Positions 1-14,799 of a stretch of 64,000 nucleotides of DNA are shown here, one piece after another. Each line of letters starts with the position of its first letter. Position 1 is the stretch's first letter. Location: the NCBI RefSeq assembly GCF_009914755.1, contig NC_060929.1; one strand, written 5' to 3'. A program made the translations under genes and the position numbers. Source of the DNA: the human T2T-CHM13v2.0 reference genome, Homo sapiens. The notes under the pieces are model-generated. The model had not been told where the DNA came from. It ran no database searches and saw nothing but the letters and a program-made list of their open reading frames with translations.

Positions 1-1404
1 TACCTGCAGCAATTACCGTTATAGTGTTCTCATAGCAATTTTATATTTCCCCCATTTCTTGTACATTTATAAACTGGAATTCCTCTATAAGGAAGAGTTG
101 TCCCATCTCCACATTTATTTATTCAATCATTTATTTATATTAGTATAGACTCATAAATATTTACTTATTCTTTGGATTAAAATCTAATATGATTTTTATT
201 TTGTTTCTCAAATTGTTTCTGATTAGTCATTGAGTGCTGTTTCAGGTGAGCTCACGTGTCTTTTTGATGCATCCCTTTAACAGTTCCTAATTTTCTGGCA
301 CCACAAGATACTCCAGGCTCATCTTATATTTTCCCCTTTTCAGTCCTGGAATCGATTGTGTCCCCAGGGAGCCCTGGTTCCTTTGATGAGGGAATGACAT
401 TTAGAAACCCAGTTCTGGATGTTAGCTGTGCTCACTGCTGCAGGGTGTCATTGCTTCCACGCTTTCTTGGTATACAGAGCTAGGAAGTTATGGATGTATA
501 CTAGCCTGTGTATACATCTGTCTATTTGTCTGTCTGCTATCTATCTATCAATCTATCAATCTATCTATCTATCAATCTATCAATCTATCTATCTATCTAT
601 CATCTATCTATCTATCAATCTATCTATCTATCTATCATCTATCTATCTATCTATCAATCTATCTATCTATCTATCTATCATCTATCTATCTATCAATCTA
701 TCAATCTATCTATCTATCTATCCATCTATCTATCTATCTATCTATCTATCATCTATCTATCAATCTATCTATCTATCTATCTATCTATCCATCAATCTAT
801 CTATCTATCAATCTATCAATCTATCTATCATCTATCTATCTATCTATCTATCTATCAATCTATCTATCATCTATCTATCTATCTATCTATCAATCTGTCT
901 ATCTATCATCTATCTATCTATCATCTATCTATCAATCTATCTATCTATCTATCTATCCATCAATCTATCTATCAATCTATCAATCTATCTATCTATCATC
1001 TATCTATCTATCTATCTATCTGTCTATCTATCTATCAATCTATCTATCATCTATCTATCTATCATCTATCTATCAATCTATCTATCTATCTATCTATCCA
1101 TCAATCTATCTATCTATCAATCTATCAATCTATCTATCTATCTATCATCTATCTATCTATCAATCTGTCTATCTATCATCTATCTATCTATCTATCTATC
1201 AATCTGTCTATCTATCATCTATCTATCTATCTATCATCTATCTATCTATCATCTATCTATCTATCATCTATCTATCTATCATCTATCTATCTATCTATCA
1301 TCTATCTATCATCTATCTATCTATCTATCTATCCATCTATCTATCTATCATCTATCTATCTATCTATCCATCTATCTATCTATCATCTATCTATCTATCT
1401 ATCC

Positions 1405-1438
<34 letters not shown>

Positions 1439-1640
1439 GTCACACAAACATGAGTATTTTAATCCCTCTTACTCCAATGCAAAACCATAAGGTTTTTTTC
1501 TAGGATTCCCTCTTCACTTGCTTGTAATTTCTTTCTCTGACAGTGGGAAATATGTCTCTATTATTTACAATATATTTACTTATTCATTCATCTCTAGTGT
1601 ACATGTGAAGTCACTTCAGACACATGTTTTTTGGCATTTA
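1..1640 (-). mobile_element. Old L1 (L1MC/L1MD-type) 3' UTR fragment, split by a (TCTA)n expansion
   Basis: Segments such as ttttctggcaccacaagatactccaggctcatcttatatt and agggagccctggttcctt resemble the antisense L1MC/MD 3' end; similarity resumes after the array (aaacatgag...ctctgacagtgggaaa). Confidence 0.7.
516..1438. repeat. Compound (TCTA)n/(GATA)n microsatellite, ~0.9 kb
   Basis: Directly visible TCTA units interrupted by TCA, TCAA, TCCA and TCTG variants. Confidence 0.99.
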
Positions 1641-2134
1641 GAACTGACATTGTTAGAGACATTTTCTGAGTCACTAACATTGCGTTTGAGAGTACAGCAT
1701 CTTTGTGTTTAATTGTAAGGGCTCATATATAAAGCCACTTCATGTTTTCTGAAGGCTAACATTTTTGCAAGGGGCAATGTGTTGTATTATATTTAAGCTG
1801 AGTTTCCCAAGGCCTCATCACTTAGAGTAACAATGAGGACTTATTAACAATAATCTCTTACACGTCATAGATACCTACTCCCATCTGCTCATGCAGGATC
1901 CTGACCCCCTTGTAAAGATCTCACTCATCAGCCCGCTACAGATATTTCTGGGAGCTCCCAGGTGGACTCTCACATGTGCCCAAGAACAGGTGTGTACCTG
2001 CTGGACTTGGCTGCTCCTCTGAGCTCCATGGATGCCCAGATGTTCTCAGGCTCTGATGGACAGCTCCACAGATGCCCAGGAGTTCTTGCAGTTTCCAGTT
2101 GCCTCAGGATCCAGTGGAGTAAGTGAAGATGGCA

Positions 2135-2272
2135 TTCTTATTTTATTTATTCTGTTTATTATTCTTTTTAGAGACAGGGTCTTGCTCTGCCACCCAGGCT
2201 GGAGTGCAGTGGCATGACTTTAGCTCATACGGCCTTGAACTCCTGGGCGCAGGAGATGCTTCCACCTCGGCC
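2135..2272 (-). mobile_element. FLAM / Alu monomer fragment
   Basis: T-rich tail followed by gagacagggtcttgctctgccacccaggctggagtgcagtgg...cacctcggcc. Confidence 0.85.
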
Positions 2273-2719
2273 AGAGGTGTTCTTTTTCTTTTGAACTTCG
2301 TTCCATTATCAGCGGCCCACTGCAGGATTGCTTTTGCTTCCAGTATCCCACATAATTTTAACCAAAATGGTTCTTTGTTCTTTCTGTTTTATCCACAGCA
2401 CCCTTACCTTTGTGCTACTCCACGTGGGTCCCACGCATGACTCCACGGGGGCTGCACTGAAGACAAATCTGAGTAATGGCTGTCATGCTTGACACACACT
2501 ATACCTGTTCCTATCTATACCCATGGCAGGCTCTGCAAATCAGTCGCATCGCTCTTTCCCACTGAGCCCTGTTGCAGCCAAGTAATCTTTCCCTGCACAG
2601 CGCTCTGTGCTCCCTCTGCTACTCAATTTGATGCTGATAGTGACAGAGATTTCTGGCTCTCTAGAGTGTTTCATGACCCCTGTTCATAGCATGGAGTTGT
2701 TTCCAGGAAGGACATGACT

Positions 2720-3075
2720 GGTGGGGGATTTTCTTTCTTGGCCCCTCTTGCTTCAAGCTTGGTGACATACTAGGAATCACCACTCGAATGTGAGTGGAAG
2801 TGACATGTGTCACTTCTAGGATGTCATTTTTAAGCAAGTGGTAGGTGCTTCTCTAGTCTCTCTTCTACACCAACCCTCCCTACCCTGTAATATCTGGAAG
2901 CTGAGGCCTCTCAGGCCTTAGGGGATGATGGAGCTACAGGCTGGAAGGAGCCTGGATCCCTGAATCTCTGGGTGGACGAGAGCCACATAAAGCTGCCCAC
3001 GTTGGGCCGTTGCCTGAGTAAAATATAACTTTTACAGTATTATTAGTGAAATGTTGGGGTTTGTTACAGTGGAAT
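2720..3075 (+). mobile_element. Ancient ERVL-type LTR relic (LTR16/LTR33-like)
   Basis: gaagtgacatgtgtcacttc, ggaaggagcctggatccctga and a ggggtttgttacag end are typical of this LTR group. Confidence 0.55.
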
Positions 3076-3229
3076 TGCCCTGCCCCATACACAAATGAAA
3101 CCCATTTTCCATGTGGACACCATACCTGGTTTAAGATCGGTTATAACTATGGCTGGGCTCATGATGCTTAACCTGGCTCTCCCGTAGGTGAGCTCTCTCC
3201 AGAAAGTGCCTTGGCCTCCAAGCTTTCTC

Positions 3230-3700
3230 ATCCATCAACTGTGTTCCAGTTCATACTTCAGGACTCAGTTCAAGCATCACTTTTTCCAGGAAGTCTTCCC
3301 TGATCTTCGCAAACTAGGTAGTATCCTCCACTGTAGTTTCCTCGAATCCTGTATATCCCTCTTTAGCAGAATTACCACAACCTATTTTTATCTTCTGATT
3401 ACTTGTCTGTGAATTGCTGGATGGATGTTTGAATCAATAGATGAAAAAATGATCTCTATGCCAATGACTCCAAAACATCTATCTCCAGCTCTGATCTTTC
3501 TGTTGAGATTCATACCAATAGACACCTCTTCCTTCTGGCTATTTCTAATTGAATATCCTTTCAGGAACTTCAAACTCAACATGTCCCCCAAAACCTTTGT
3601 CATGTCTCCCCCAAATATGCTCCATTTCCTGTGTTCCTTAAATTGGATGATGACTTCACCAACCACTTGGGTTTCCAGACAGGAAACCTGAGTGTCATGA
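3230..3700 (+). mobile_element. L2 LINE fragments
   Basis: ccaatgactccaaaacatctatctccagc and cttcaaactcaacatgtcc are L2 hallmark segments. Confidence 0.7.
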
Positions 3701-4084
3701 TTATTTCATTGAATAGATGAAGAAATGGATGCTCAGAGAGGTTACCTGCAGGGAGTGGTGAACCTGACTTGCAGTCCAGTGCCAGGCAAATGCCCCTGCA
3801 CCTTGGTGTGGGGCCCCTTTGTGCCCTTCTTGGCCTCCTCCAGCCTCCTCGCAGCCCTCTCCCAGTCTCAGTCTCCTGCCGGACTACAGCATCACTGACA
3901 TCTCCACCGGCTGGCTTTCCCCCCCGCCGCTTTAAATAAACACATCTGATTAGGAAGATGTGCCTTCCAATGTTGGTAATTTATTCCCTTCTATGCAAAT
4001 TGTCCAACTAATTAAAAAGGAAAAAAAAAACCAACACAATTTAGACCAGTGAGCTCTTGAGAGAGAAAATGAAGATGCTATCAG

Positions 4085-4270
4085 CAAATTGGTAGCATGT
4101 AGAGGATCCCGGGCCTCGAGTCGGACAGATACTGGGTCTGAATCCAGCTCCACTGCTTTCTGGCTGTGAGACCATGGGCAGGTCATATCACCCTTCCAGC
4201 TTCACTTTCTCCATCTGCAAAATGAGGATAAGAATCCCAAGATGCTTCCTTGCAAGGCTCTGAAAGGACC
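4085..4270 (+). mobile_element. MIR SINE
   Basis: tgaatccagctccactgctttctggctgtgagaccatgggcaggtca...ctccatctgcaaaatgagg matches the MIR core. Confidence 0.8.
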
Positions 4271-4501
4271 AACCCTGTGGATACCTTGATCTTCACAGGG
4301 TAGCTGTGAAGATCATTTGAGAAAGGATCCAGGTCTTTTTGAAACTTTAAGATGCAGTAGAAGTAGAAGAATAATATTCCTTTACATTTGATTGCACAAA
4401 AACAAACAAGTGGCCCAGGTATCCTCCTGAGGACACGAGAGTACGTGGTCACCCTGCTAGAAACTCATGGAGTCGTGATGTGACTCAGGGATGTCTAAAT
4501 C

Positions 4502-5647
<1,146 letters not shown>

Positions 5648-8374
5648 TAAACCGCACATGATGACTGTTTACTGTGTAGTCATTATAATAAAATAAATAC
5701 AAAGCTGAGCGGATCTATTCAATTCAGCATCCACTGACCTCCAGCCACATGCAGGGCCTCTAGGAATGGAGAAGCCAGCCATGACCAAAATGCAGACCCC
5801 CACCTTCAAGGCAATAGTGACAGATGCCAAACACAGTCCAAAAATGGAGTCTTTTCATTCTTATAAATGTCCCACAGTCATTCAGGCAGTGCCCATACTG
5901 CCTGGATTGGCTGGTGGGGACATAAAAGATGGGAGGGCCTGGCCCTGCCCTTAGGAAGCTACCAAGTGAACACTGGTGTGGCTGGACATAGGGTTACAAA
6001 AAGCTTGGAGAGGACCCTATTAAGGAAGTATACCACAGCATCTAATGCTGGGGGTTTTGCAGTGTGGTGACAGAGAGGACAGTCCACAGACAATAATAAC
6101 ATCATCATGCTCACGGTCACACCCACAACAGCAACCCAACCGTTAGCCAGCCAGGAACAAAAGAAGAGGAGAGAAACTTCGTTTGGACTCGATGAGCTGG
6201 AAAACAACCTCTCTTTCTTACATATTTGCTGGTAGCTCTCAAACTCCTGTTTTGTAATCATGAGCGTGAGATAAAATAGCATCAGCAATTTGAGCTGGAA
6301 ATCAGCAAAGGTAGTTGACATTTAATTGCATTTGGAACGAAAAACAGAGGAACGTCTTTTAAAGTCATTATTGTATTTTTTCCAGTGTGAGAAGTGGTGC
6401 TTTTAATTAGTTGTTCTTTGACCCTTTTCTCAGTAACCCAGATGCAAGCTGGTCAAGCTGGGCTCAAGCCAACCCGAAGTTCACTTCCATCCCCTGCCAC
6501 ATTCCTTAAGTAAGCGGAGGGGGCGGTTGCTGGTGTAGACAGACGCCTTCTCATTGGAGAGAGTGCTGCCCTCCAAGTGAAGAAGGCAAAGGGGCTTCAG
6601 ATTCTGCATCGTTGAAAAGCAACAAGCGGTACTTTTTGCTTGGGCTTTGGCCTGCAATCCCTTCCTGCAGCTGTGGGAAGAAAGCGTCTTTCAGCTGAGG
6701 CCTGGAAAATATGGACAGCTGAGAAGCACACCATGTGATTCTGGGGTGCCCTGAAATGCCTATCTTTCATCCGGGCCCATCAGACAGCTTTATTGTGGCT
6801 GATCGAACTCTTTGCAAATGAATTTCCTTTCCTGAAAGCAAAGGGACAGCTTTATTACACACCCCTCCTCCCACTCAATGAGATGGTGAGAATTCATTTC
6901 GCCAGATTTCCTCCTGAGAAGAGCACTGTATTTATTTGGAAGAAATGCTTTGAGAAGCCAGTTGGATGAAGGGAGATAAGCTCAGGCAGTGGTCTTAAAA
7001 AAATTGTACTCAAAGTCCCCCTAAAACAACAGTAATTTTAAAAACTACATTTTCCCTTAACACGTTTTTAGGATGATATGTGAAGTTTTTCAATCACACA
7101 TTTAAACAGTTGTAAACGATAAAACTTACAATTTATTGCATTTAAGTATGGGCTTTAAATATACTTTCTTTGAAACCTTGAAGCAGCACATTTAGCTCTT
7201 TCAATTTCAAAAAATGTCTGCCACGTAGCGCAAATGGCAAGGCTGTCTATTTAAACCATCAGCCAAATCAAACCGTCTGCTGGAAGACATCTGACCTCAT
7301 TGCCAAGTTCATATATATTTGACCTTGAGACAAGTATCCCATTTCCAAATTTTAAGTTGGACAGACAGACGGACAGACAGAGATAGATAGATGGTTGAAT
7401 AAAGTCGGCCAGGAGTCCCGCAAGCAGTTTGCTTCAGTATTCCTCACTCACTGATTTTGCTTTGTGGTGGAGCTGTCCATTCTCAAATCTTTCCCCCTTT
7501 TTGGGCCTGGAGACATTGCCCCCTGTGCCAAAGCACTGTCATAATAATGAGAAGCAGTTCTCACTTTTGCTAAGTGGGAGAAGGGTGACTGGGAAGCAGG
7601 GGCGGGGTGAGAATGAAGTGCAGGCAGGCCTTGGTAATGGCCAGAGGCCCTGTGTTGGAAGCCAGGCTTTTGGAAGCTGAAGATCTGAAAACTGATTCCC
7701 TAAAACAAACCTAAGTCTTTGTGTGCCATCCTGGGGTCTGCTCCACCTATTTGATGATTCTCAGATACATAAGTGGAAAGGGGAATGAGGAAAGCTTGCT
7801 AAGAGGTTCACAGATTCATTGAGAGGGCTGGAACCCACCCCCAGGCTCAGCTTCCTGAGCCCAAATGCATGCTGCAGAGAGGCCTGCTAAGGAGGCCAGT
7901 GTTCCCTGCAGCAGCTGCAGGGTGAAAGAACAGAGAAACAGCACTAAAATAGCCTCATCTCTCTCAGCCCAGATGATTCCCCTCTGGTATTAAATAGGTC
8001 AAGCCTTTTTAGATTTAATAAAACAGTACAGTGGTGTGGATATTAAAATATTCTACATTTATAGGTCTTTATTGTCCCAATAAATTATCGTCTAAATTAA
8101 GAATGGTCTTTTCTCTCTAAACTCTGTTAGGTGTCTTGGTAGTAGTTTGGGATTATTCGGAGCACACAGAGAAAAAAAAATCCTGCTGTGTTATCAACTT
8201 TTTAAAAAGATGAGCGACGTCTTTGTGACTTCGAAGGTACCTGTCAAGCTTCTGTCATCCTTCTCCAGAATATTGCAAAAGCTTCAGCCAGTCACCCGCC
8301 TGGTTGGGCACTTTTTTTCAGGTCTGTCTTCCTCAGAGGGCACCAGAGTGATCTTCCTTTTTAAAAATCTTAGA

Positions 8375-9510
<1,136 letters not shown>

Positions 9511-9631
9511 CTACTCTTTTAAAGTAGGCCTGTCTTATTTTTTTTTTAAATATTTTGAAAAATTTCTGTAGTTTTTAGAATACAAGCGGTTTTTGATTAC
9601 CTGGATGAGCTGTATAGTGGTTTGAGCCTGA

Positions 9632-9923
9632 TATATATATTTTTTTTGTTTGAGATGGAGTTTCACTCTTGTTGCCCAGGCTGGAGGATCTCGGCTCACT
9701 GCAACCTCCGCCTCCCAGATTCAAGAGATTCCCCTGCCTCAGCCTCCCAAGTAGCTGGTATTACAGGCATGTGCCACCACGCCTGGCTAATTTTGTATTT
9801 TTAGTAGAGACAGGGTTTCTCCATGTTGGTTCAGGCTAGTCTTGAACTCCTGACCGCAGGTGATCCGCCCGCCTCAGCCTCCCAAACTGCTGGAATTACA
9901 GGCGTGAGCCACGGCGCCCTGCC
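9632..9923 (-). mobile_element. AluSp-like, inserted in the L1PB
   Basis: gagtttcactcttgttgcccagg and tttctccatgttgg diagnostics; agcctga duplicated on both flanks. Confidence 0.93.
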
Positions 9924-9959
9924 AAGCCTGAGATTTTAGTGCACCCATCACCCAAGTAG

Positions 9960-10172
<213 letters not shown>

Positions 10173-12239
10173 TGAGTCTCCAAAGTCCATTATACCACTC
10201 TGTATGCTTCTGCGTACCCATGGCTTAGCTTCCATTTATAAGTGAGAACATACTGTATTTAGTTTTCCATTCCTGAGTTACTTCACTTAGAATAATGGCC
10301 TCCAGCTCCATCCAAGTTGCTGCAAAAGACATTATTTTGTTTTTATGGCTGAGTAGTATTCTGTGGTGTATATATCTCACATTTTCTTTATCCACTCATT
10401 GGTTGATGGGCACTGAGGTTGGTTCCATGTCCTTGCGATTGTGAATTGTGCTGCAATAAACATATGTGTGCAGGTGTCTTTTTGATATAGTGACTTATTT
10501 TTCTTTGGGCAGATACCCAGTAGTGGGATTGCTGCAGGGAATGGGAGATCTACTTTTAGTTCTTTAAGAAACCTCCATACTGTTTCCATAGAGGTTTTAC
10601 TAATTTACGTTCCCACCAGCAGTGTATAAGCGTTCCATTTTCACTACATCCATACCAACATCTATTGTTTTTTGACTTTTTAACAATGGCTATTCTTGCT
10701 GAGTAAGGTGGTATCTCATTGTGGTTTTGATATGCATTTCCTTAATCATTGGTGATGTTGAGCATTTTCTCATATGTTTGTTAGCCATTTGTATATCTTC
10801 TTTTGAGAAATGTCTACTCAAGTCATTTGCCCACTTTTTGATGGGATTATTGTTTTTTTTTTTCTTGCTGATTTATTTGAGTTCCTTGTAGATTCTGGAT
10901 ATCAGTCCTTTGTCAGATGCACAGTTTGCCAATATTTTCTTCCATTCTGTAGACTTGTTTCTTTACTCTGATGATATTTCTTTTGCCGTACAGAAGTATT
11001 TTAGTTTAATTAGGCCCCATTTATTTATTTTTGTTTTTGTTGCATTTGTTTTTGGGGTTTTAGTCATAAATTCTTTGCCTAGGCTAATGTCCAGAAGAGT
11101 TTTTCCTTGGTTACCCTCTAGAATTTTTATGGTTTCAGCTCTTAGATTTAAGCCTTTGATCCATCTTGAGTTGATTTTTGTATAAGGTAAGAGATGAGGA
11201 TCCTGCTTTATTCTTCTACATGGGGCTATCTAGTTTTCCCAGCACCATTTATTAAATAGAGTGTCTTTTCCCCAATTTATGTTTTTGTTTGCTTTGATAA
11301 AGATCAGTTGGCTGTAAGCATTTGGCTTTATTTCTGGGTTGTCTATTCTGTTCTGTTGGTCTATGTGCTGACTTTTATACCAGTACCATGCTGTTTTGGT
11401 AACTATAGCCTTGTGGTATAATTTGAAATTGGGTAATGTGATGCCTCCAGATTTGTTCTTTTTTTCTTAAGATTGCTCTGGCTATTTAGCCCTTTTTTTG
11501 GGTCCATATGAATTTTAGGATTGTTTTTCCTAATTACGTGAAAAATGATGCTGGTATTTGAAAGGAATTGCATTGAATCTGTAGATTGCTTTGGGTAGTA
11601 TGGTCATTTTCATGATATTGATTCTTCAGTCCAAGAGCCTGGGGATGTGTTTCTATTTGTTTGTGTCATCTATGATTTCTTTCAGCAGTGTTTTGTAGTT
11701 CTCCTTATAGAGATCTTTCACCTCCTTGGTTAAGTATATTCCAAGGCATTTTTTTTTTTTTTTTTTTTGCAGCTGTAGAAAGGAGATTAAGTTTTTGATT
11801 TGATCCTCAGCTTGGTTGTTGTTGGTATATAGAAGTGCTACTAATTTATGTACATTGATTTTGTAACCTAAGACTTTACTGATTTTGTTTATCAAATCTA
11901 AGAGTCTTTAGGGGGACTCTTTAGGGTTTTCTAGGCATACAATCATATCATCGGCAAACAGCAATAGTTTGACTTCCTCTTTTCCAATTTGGATGCCTTT
12001 TATTTCCTTCTCTTGCCTGACTGTGCTGGATAGGACTTCCGGTACTATGTTGAATAGAAGTGGTGAAAGTGGGGATCTTTGTTTTGTTCCAGTTCCTAGG
12101 GAGAATGCTTTCAACTTTTCCCCATTCAGTATGATGTTGGCTGTGGGTTTGCCACATATGGCTTTTATTATTTTGAGGTATGTCCCTTCTATGCCTAGTT
12201 TGTTTGGTCCATCTTAAACACCACTTGATAGCAGTATGA

Positions 12240-12440
12240 GTTTAGCATTATGCCTGCTGTGAGCTACTTATCAGGCATTTTGCTCACTGGGTTTTCTTAC
12301 TAATCTTATGAGGCATGCATCATCCTGGGTTACAGATGAGAAAACACTGGTTCAGAGAGGCTCAAATAACATGCGCAAATTCACACCATTGTTTAGACTT
12401 AAGTCTGGATTAGAACCCAGGAATCCCACTTCTGACACCC
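12240..12440 (-). mobile_element. MIR SINE
   Basis: ttacagatgagaaaacactggttcagagagg...ggattagaacccagg. Confidence 0.7.
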
Positions 12441-12654
12441 AACTTTGATAATCTCACCAAGATCAAAGGCTGCCCTTTTAGAGGCCAGTAGTTATTTAAA
12501 ATCTTGGGAAGTAAGGTTGAAGAAACCATCAAGTGTCAGCTATTCTCTAGCGACAGACATGACAGAGGCTGGTTGACTTTGGCGCTGTGCATTTGACTCT
12601 CTTACATGGCCCCAACTGTTTTTCCTTTGAGCATTTTGATTTTGAGACAAAGAC

Positions 12655-13065
12655 TGTTATGGGTTGAATCCTCCCCAAATTCATATGGTGAAGGCCTAAC
12701 CCCTAGTACCTTTGAACGTGACCTTATTCGGAGATAGGAACTATAAAAATGATGAAGTTAAGGGTGGGCCCTAATCCAATTTGAACACAGAGATAGACAC
12801 ACACATGGGGAGAATACCACATAGACATGAGGGCAGAGATGGGATGATGTATCTACAAGTCAAGAAATTCAGAAGATTGATGGCAGGCCGGCAGAAGCTA
12901 GAGGATGCGCATAGAGCAGATTCTTTCTCAGCCAACGGAAGAAGCCAATCCCATTAACATCTTGATCATGAACTTCTAGGCTCCAGAATGTCAGACAATC
13001 CATTTCTGTTGTATAAGCCATCCAGTATGTGGCACTTTGTTAAGGCAGCCTTAGGAAATCATGCA
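12655..13065 (+). mobile_element. MaLR solo LTR (MLT1B-like)
   Basis: tgttatgggttgaat...gtgaccttattcggagatagg...gcagccttaggaaatcatgca. Confidence 0.85.
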
Positions 13066-13619
13066 ACACCAACGTAATTCTTAGTCCTAGGACATTTTAT
13101 GCTGTGGTTTGTTTTGACACCCATCTCCCATCCACACACACACACTTAAGTATGTTTAGCTGATTTCTTCAATACGACGTGCCTTGGAAAGATGTCCCCA
13201 GAGAAAAGTGACTTTGATAGCACAATGAAGGCCAGAAGAAGACAGGACTTAATTTATACAAATCTATTTTTCAGGTGACCTTTCAGGAATTATCTATATG
13301 TCATATACTGCCATAGAGATGCTGGGAGTGAAAGTGAGACTGTTCAGTAAAACCATTATATTTTCACTGAGTTATGCTAACATCACTATGTCTATGGAAA
13401 AAGTAGCTCACACTCATTTAAAAGAGTGAAGACTCAAGGTGAATAGCATTTTTCCCACTTAAAGGGAAATAATGGGGCACCTTCTCTTCCTCTGTCTCTC
13501 TTCCTTCCTTTTCTCCCTCACCTGAGCTCCTATAACATGTCCTATAGCATGTGTGCTAGCTGCTAGTGACAATGTGCGGCAGACATGGTTCACAAAAGAT
13601 TCATGCATGTCTTCCATGG

Positions 13620-13745
13620 GGTAGAATTGTTGCAGAAAGCAGTGGTTGAGCTTTGGACTACATTTCCCACCTCTTCCTAGATGGGCTCAGATGACTGAAT
13701 TCTGGCCAATGGAGTGTGGGAGGGAATGTAGGCCATTTTCCCAGC
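13620..13745 (+). mobile_element. LTR16/33-like fragment
   Basis: ggactacatttccca...tgaattctggccaatggagtgtgg. Confidence 0.5.
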
Positions 13746-13899
13746 AGCCTGATTCTTCATGATAAATCAGAAAACTTGGTCCATTTACCTGCGGATACCT
13801 CACTTTGTTGTGAAATGTTTTTGGTTGTGGTGACCAGAAACCTTTTAGTAGGTTAAAGAGAAGGAAAATAAAAAGGCTATCGGGGAAGAAATGAGGGGA

Positions 13900-14380
13900 C
13901 TTGTTAGAACACTAGCTTTTAAAGGTACCCCTAAGATAGGGAGATGCTCTTGGGAGGTTGGGGAAAAAGCATTAAGTAATATTGAGTCACACAAAGAAAA
14001 GGTTATTCTTATCCTAAATCTTTATACATCTGGATATGTTAAAGAGATGGTCTCAATTTAGATCTATTTTTATTAGTACATTTCTCTGTGTCTCCATCTT
14101 CAATGCGTAATGATACCTAGCTAATATTTACACTGTTTTAGTTATATTTACTTTTGTCATTACCTGTAGGTATAGCAAATGCTACTAATTTTCTGTTTAC
14201 AGACTTGATATGCAGTTTCTTCTTTAAATGAAAAGTTTTAAGCAAACATATCTGTTCAATTTAAAGAAGAGTATTAAGCAAATTGTTGGTGCAGTGCAGT
14301 GCGGTGCGAGGATATGGCTAAGATAGGGGTAGTATTTGAATGCCCAAATATTACCTTTTGGAAAAGTGGTTGAGAAATAC
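13900..14380. mobile_element. Probable hAT-Charlie-type DNA transposon relic
   Basis: AT-rich body ending caatttaaagaagagtattaagcaaat...gatatggctaag; a paralogous copy lies at 17885-18070. Confidence 0.5.
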
Positions 14381-14799
14381 AGGTCAGGAAGATGCTGCAC
14401 TGTTTCTAGGAGCAGGGCCTTAGGGACCAGAGAATGGAAAGAGAGTTCATGAAACCCTCCAATTCTGTTCTATCTCTGTTTCTCTTCACACGCCTACTGT
14501 ATCTTGGTGTTTCTCTGCAGACCAGCTTTATCACAGTAGAAAATGGTCATCAATAGCTCCCAAATCTTATAGCCACTTGGGGCATGATTGATTGGCTTGC
14601 TCTGATTCTCAATTTCACATTCCATAGAAATGGGGTCCTTGTCCCAGTGGGGTCAGGGGCCCATCTGTGCACAATCACTTATATCCATGAAAGCAAGAAG
14701 ACATTGGAGGCACATGACTGTCTGTGCTACAGTCATGTGCTTAGGACCTGGGGTAAGTTTGGAGAGAAACAGAGATCCTGACAAGCCAGAGAGAAAAAA

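Noticed and set aside
419-1503. 344-aa and 331-aa ORFs (IYLS repeats)
   Set aside because: Translation of the stop-free TCTA microsatellite; no coding signature.
2797-2816. Palindrome gaagtgaca-tg-tgtcacttc
   Set aside because: Appears to be a standard feature of the LTR16/33-like element it sits in.
11653-12114. Reverse-transcriptase-like ORFs as an active element or novel RT system
   Set aside because: Fragmented L1 ORF2 with stops and frameshifts in a 5'-truncated L1PB.
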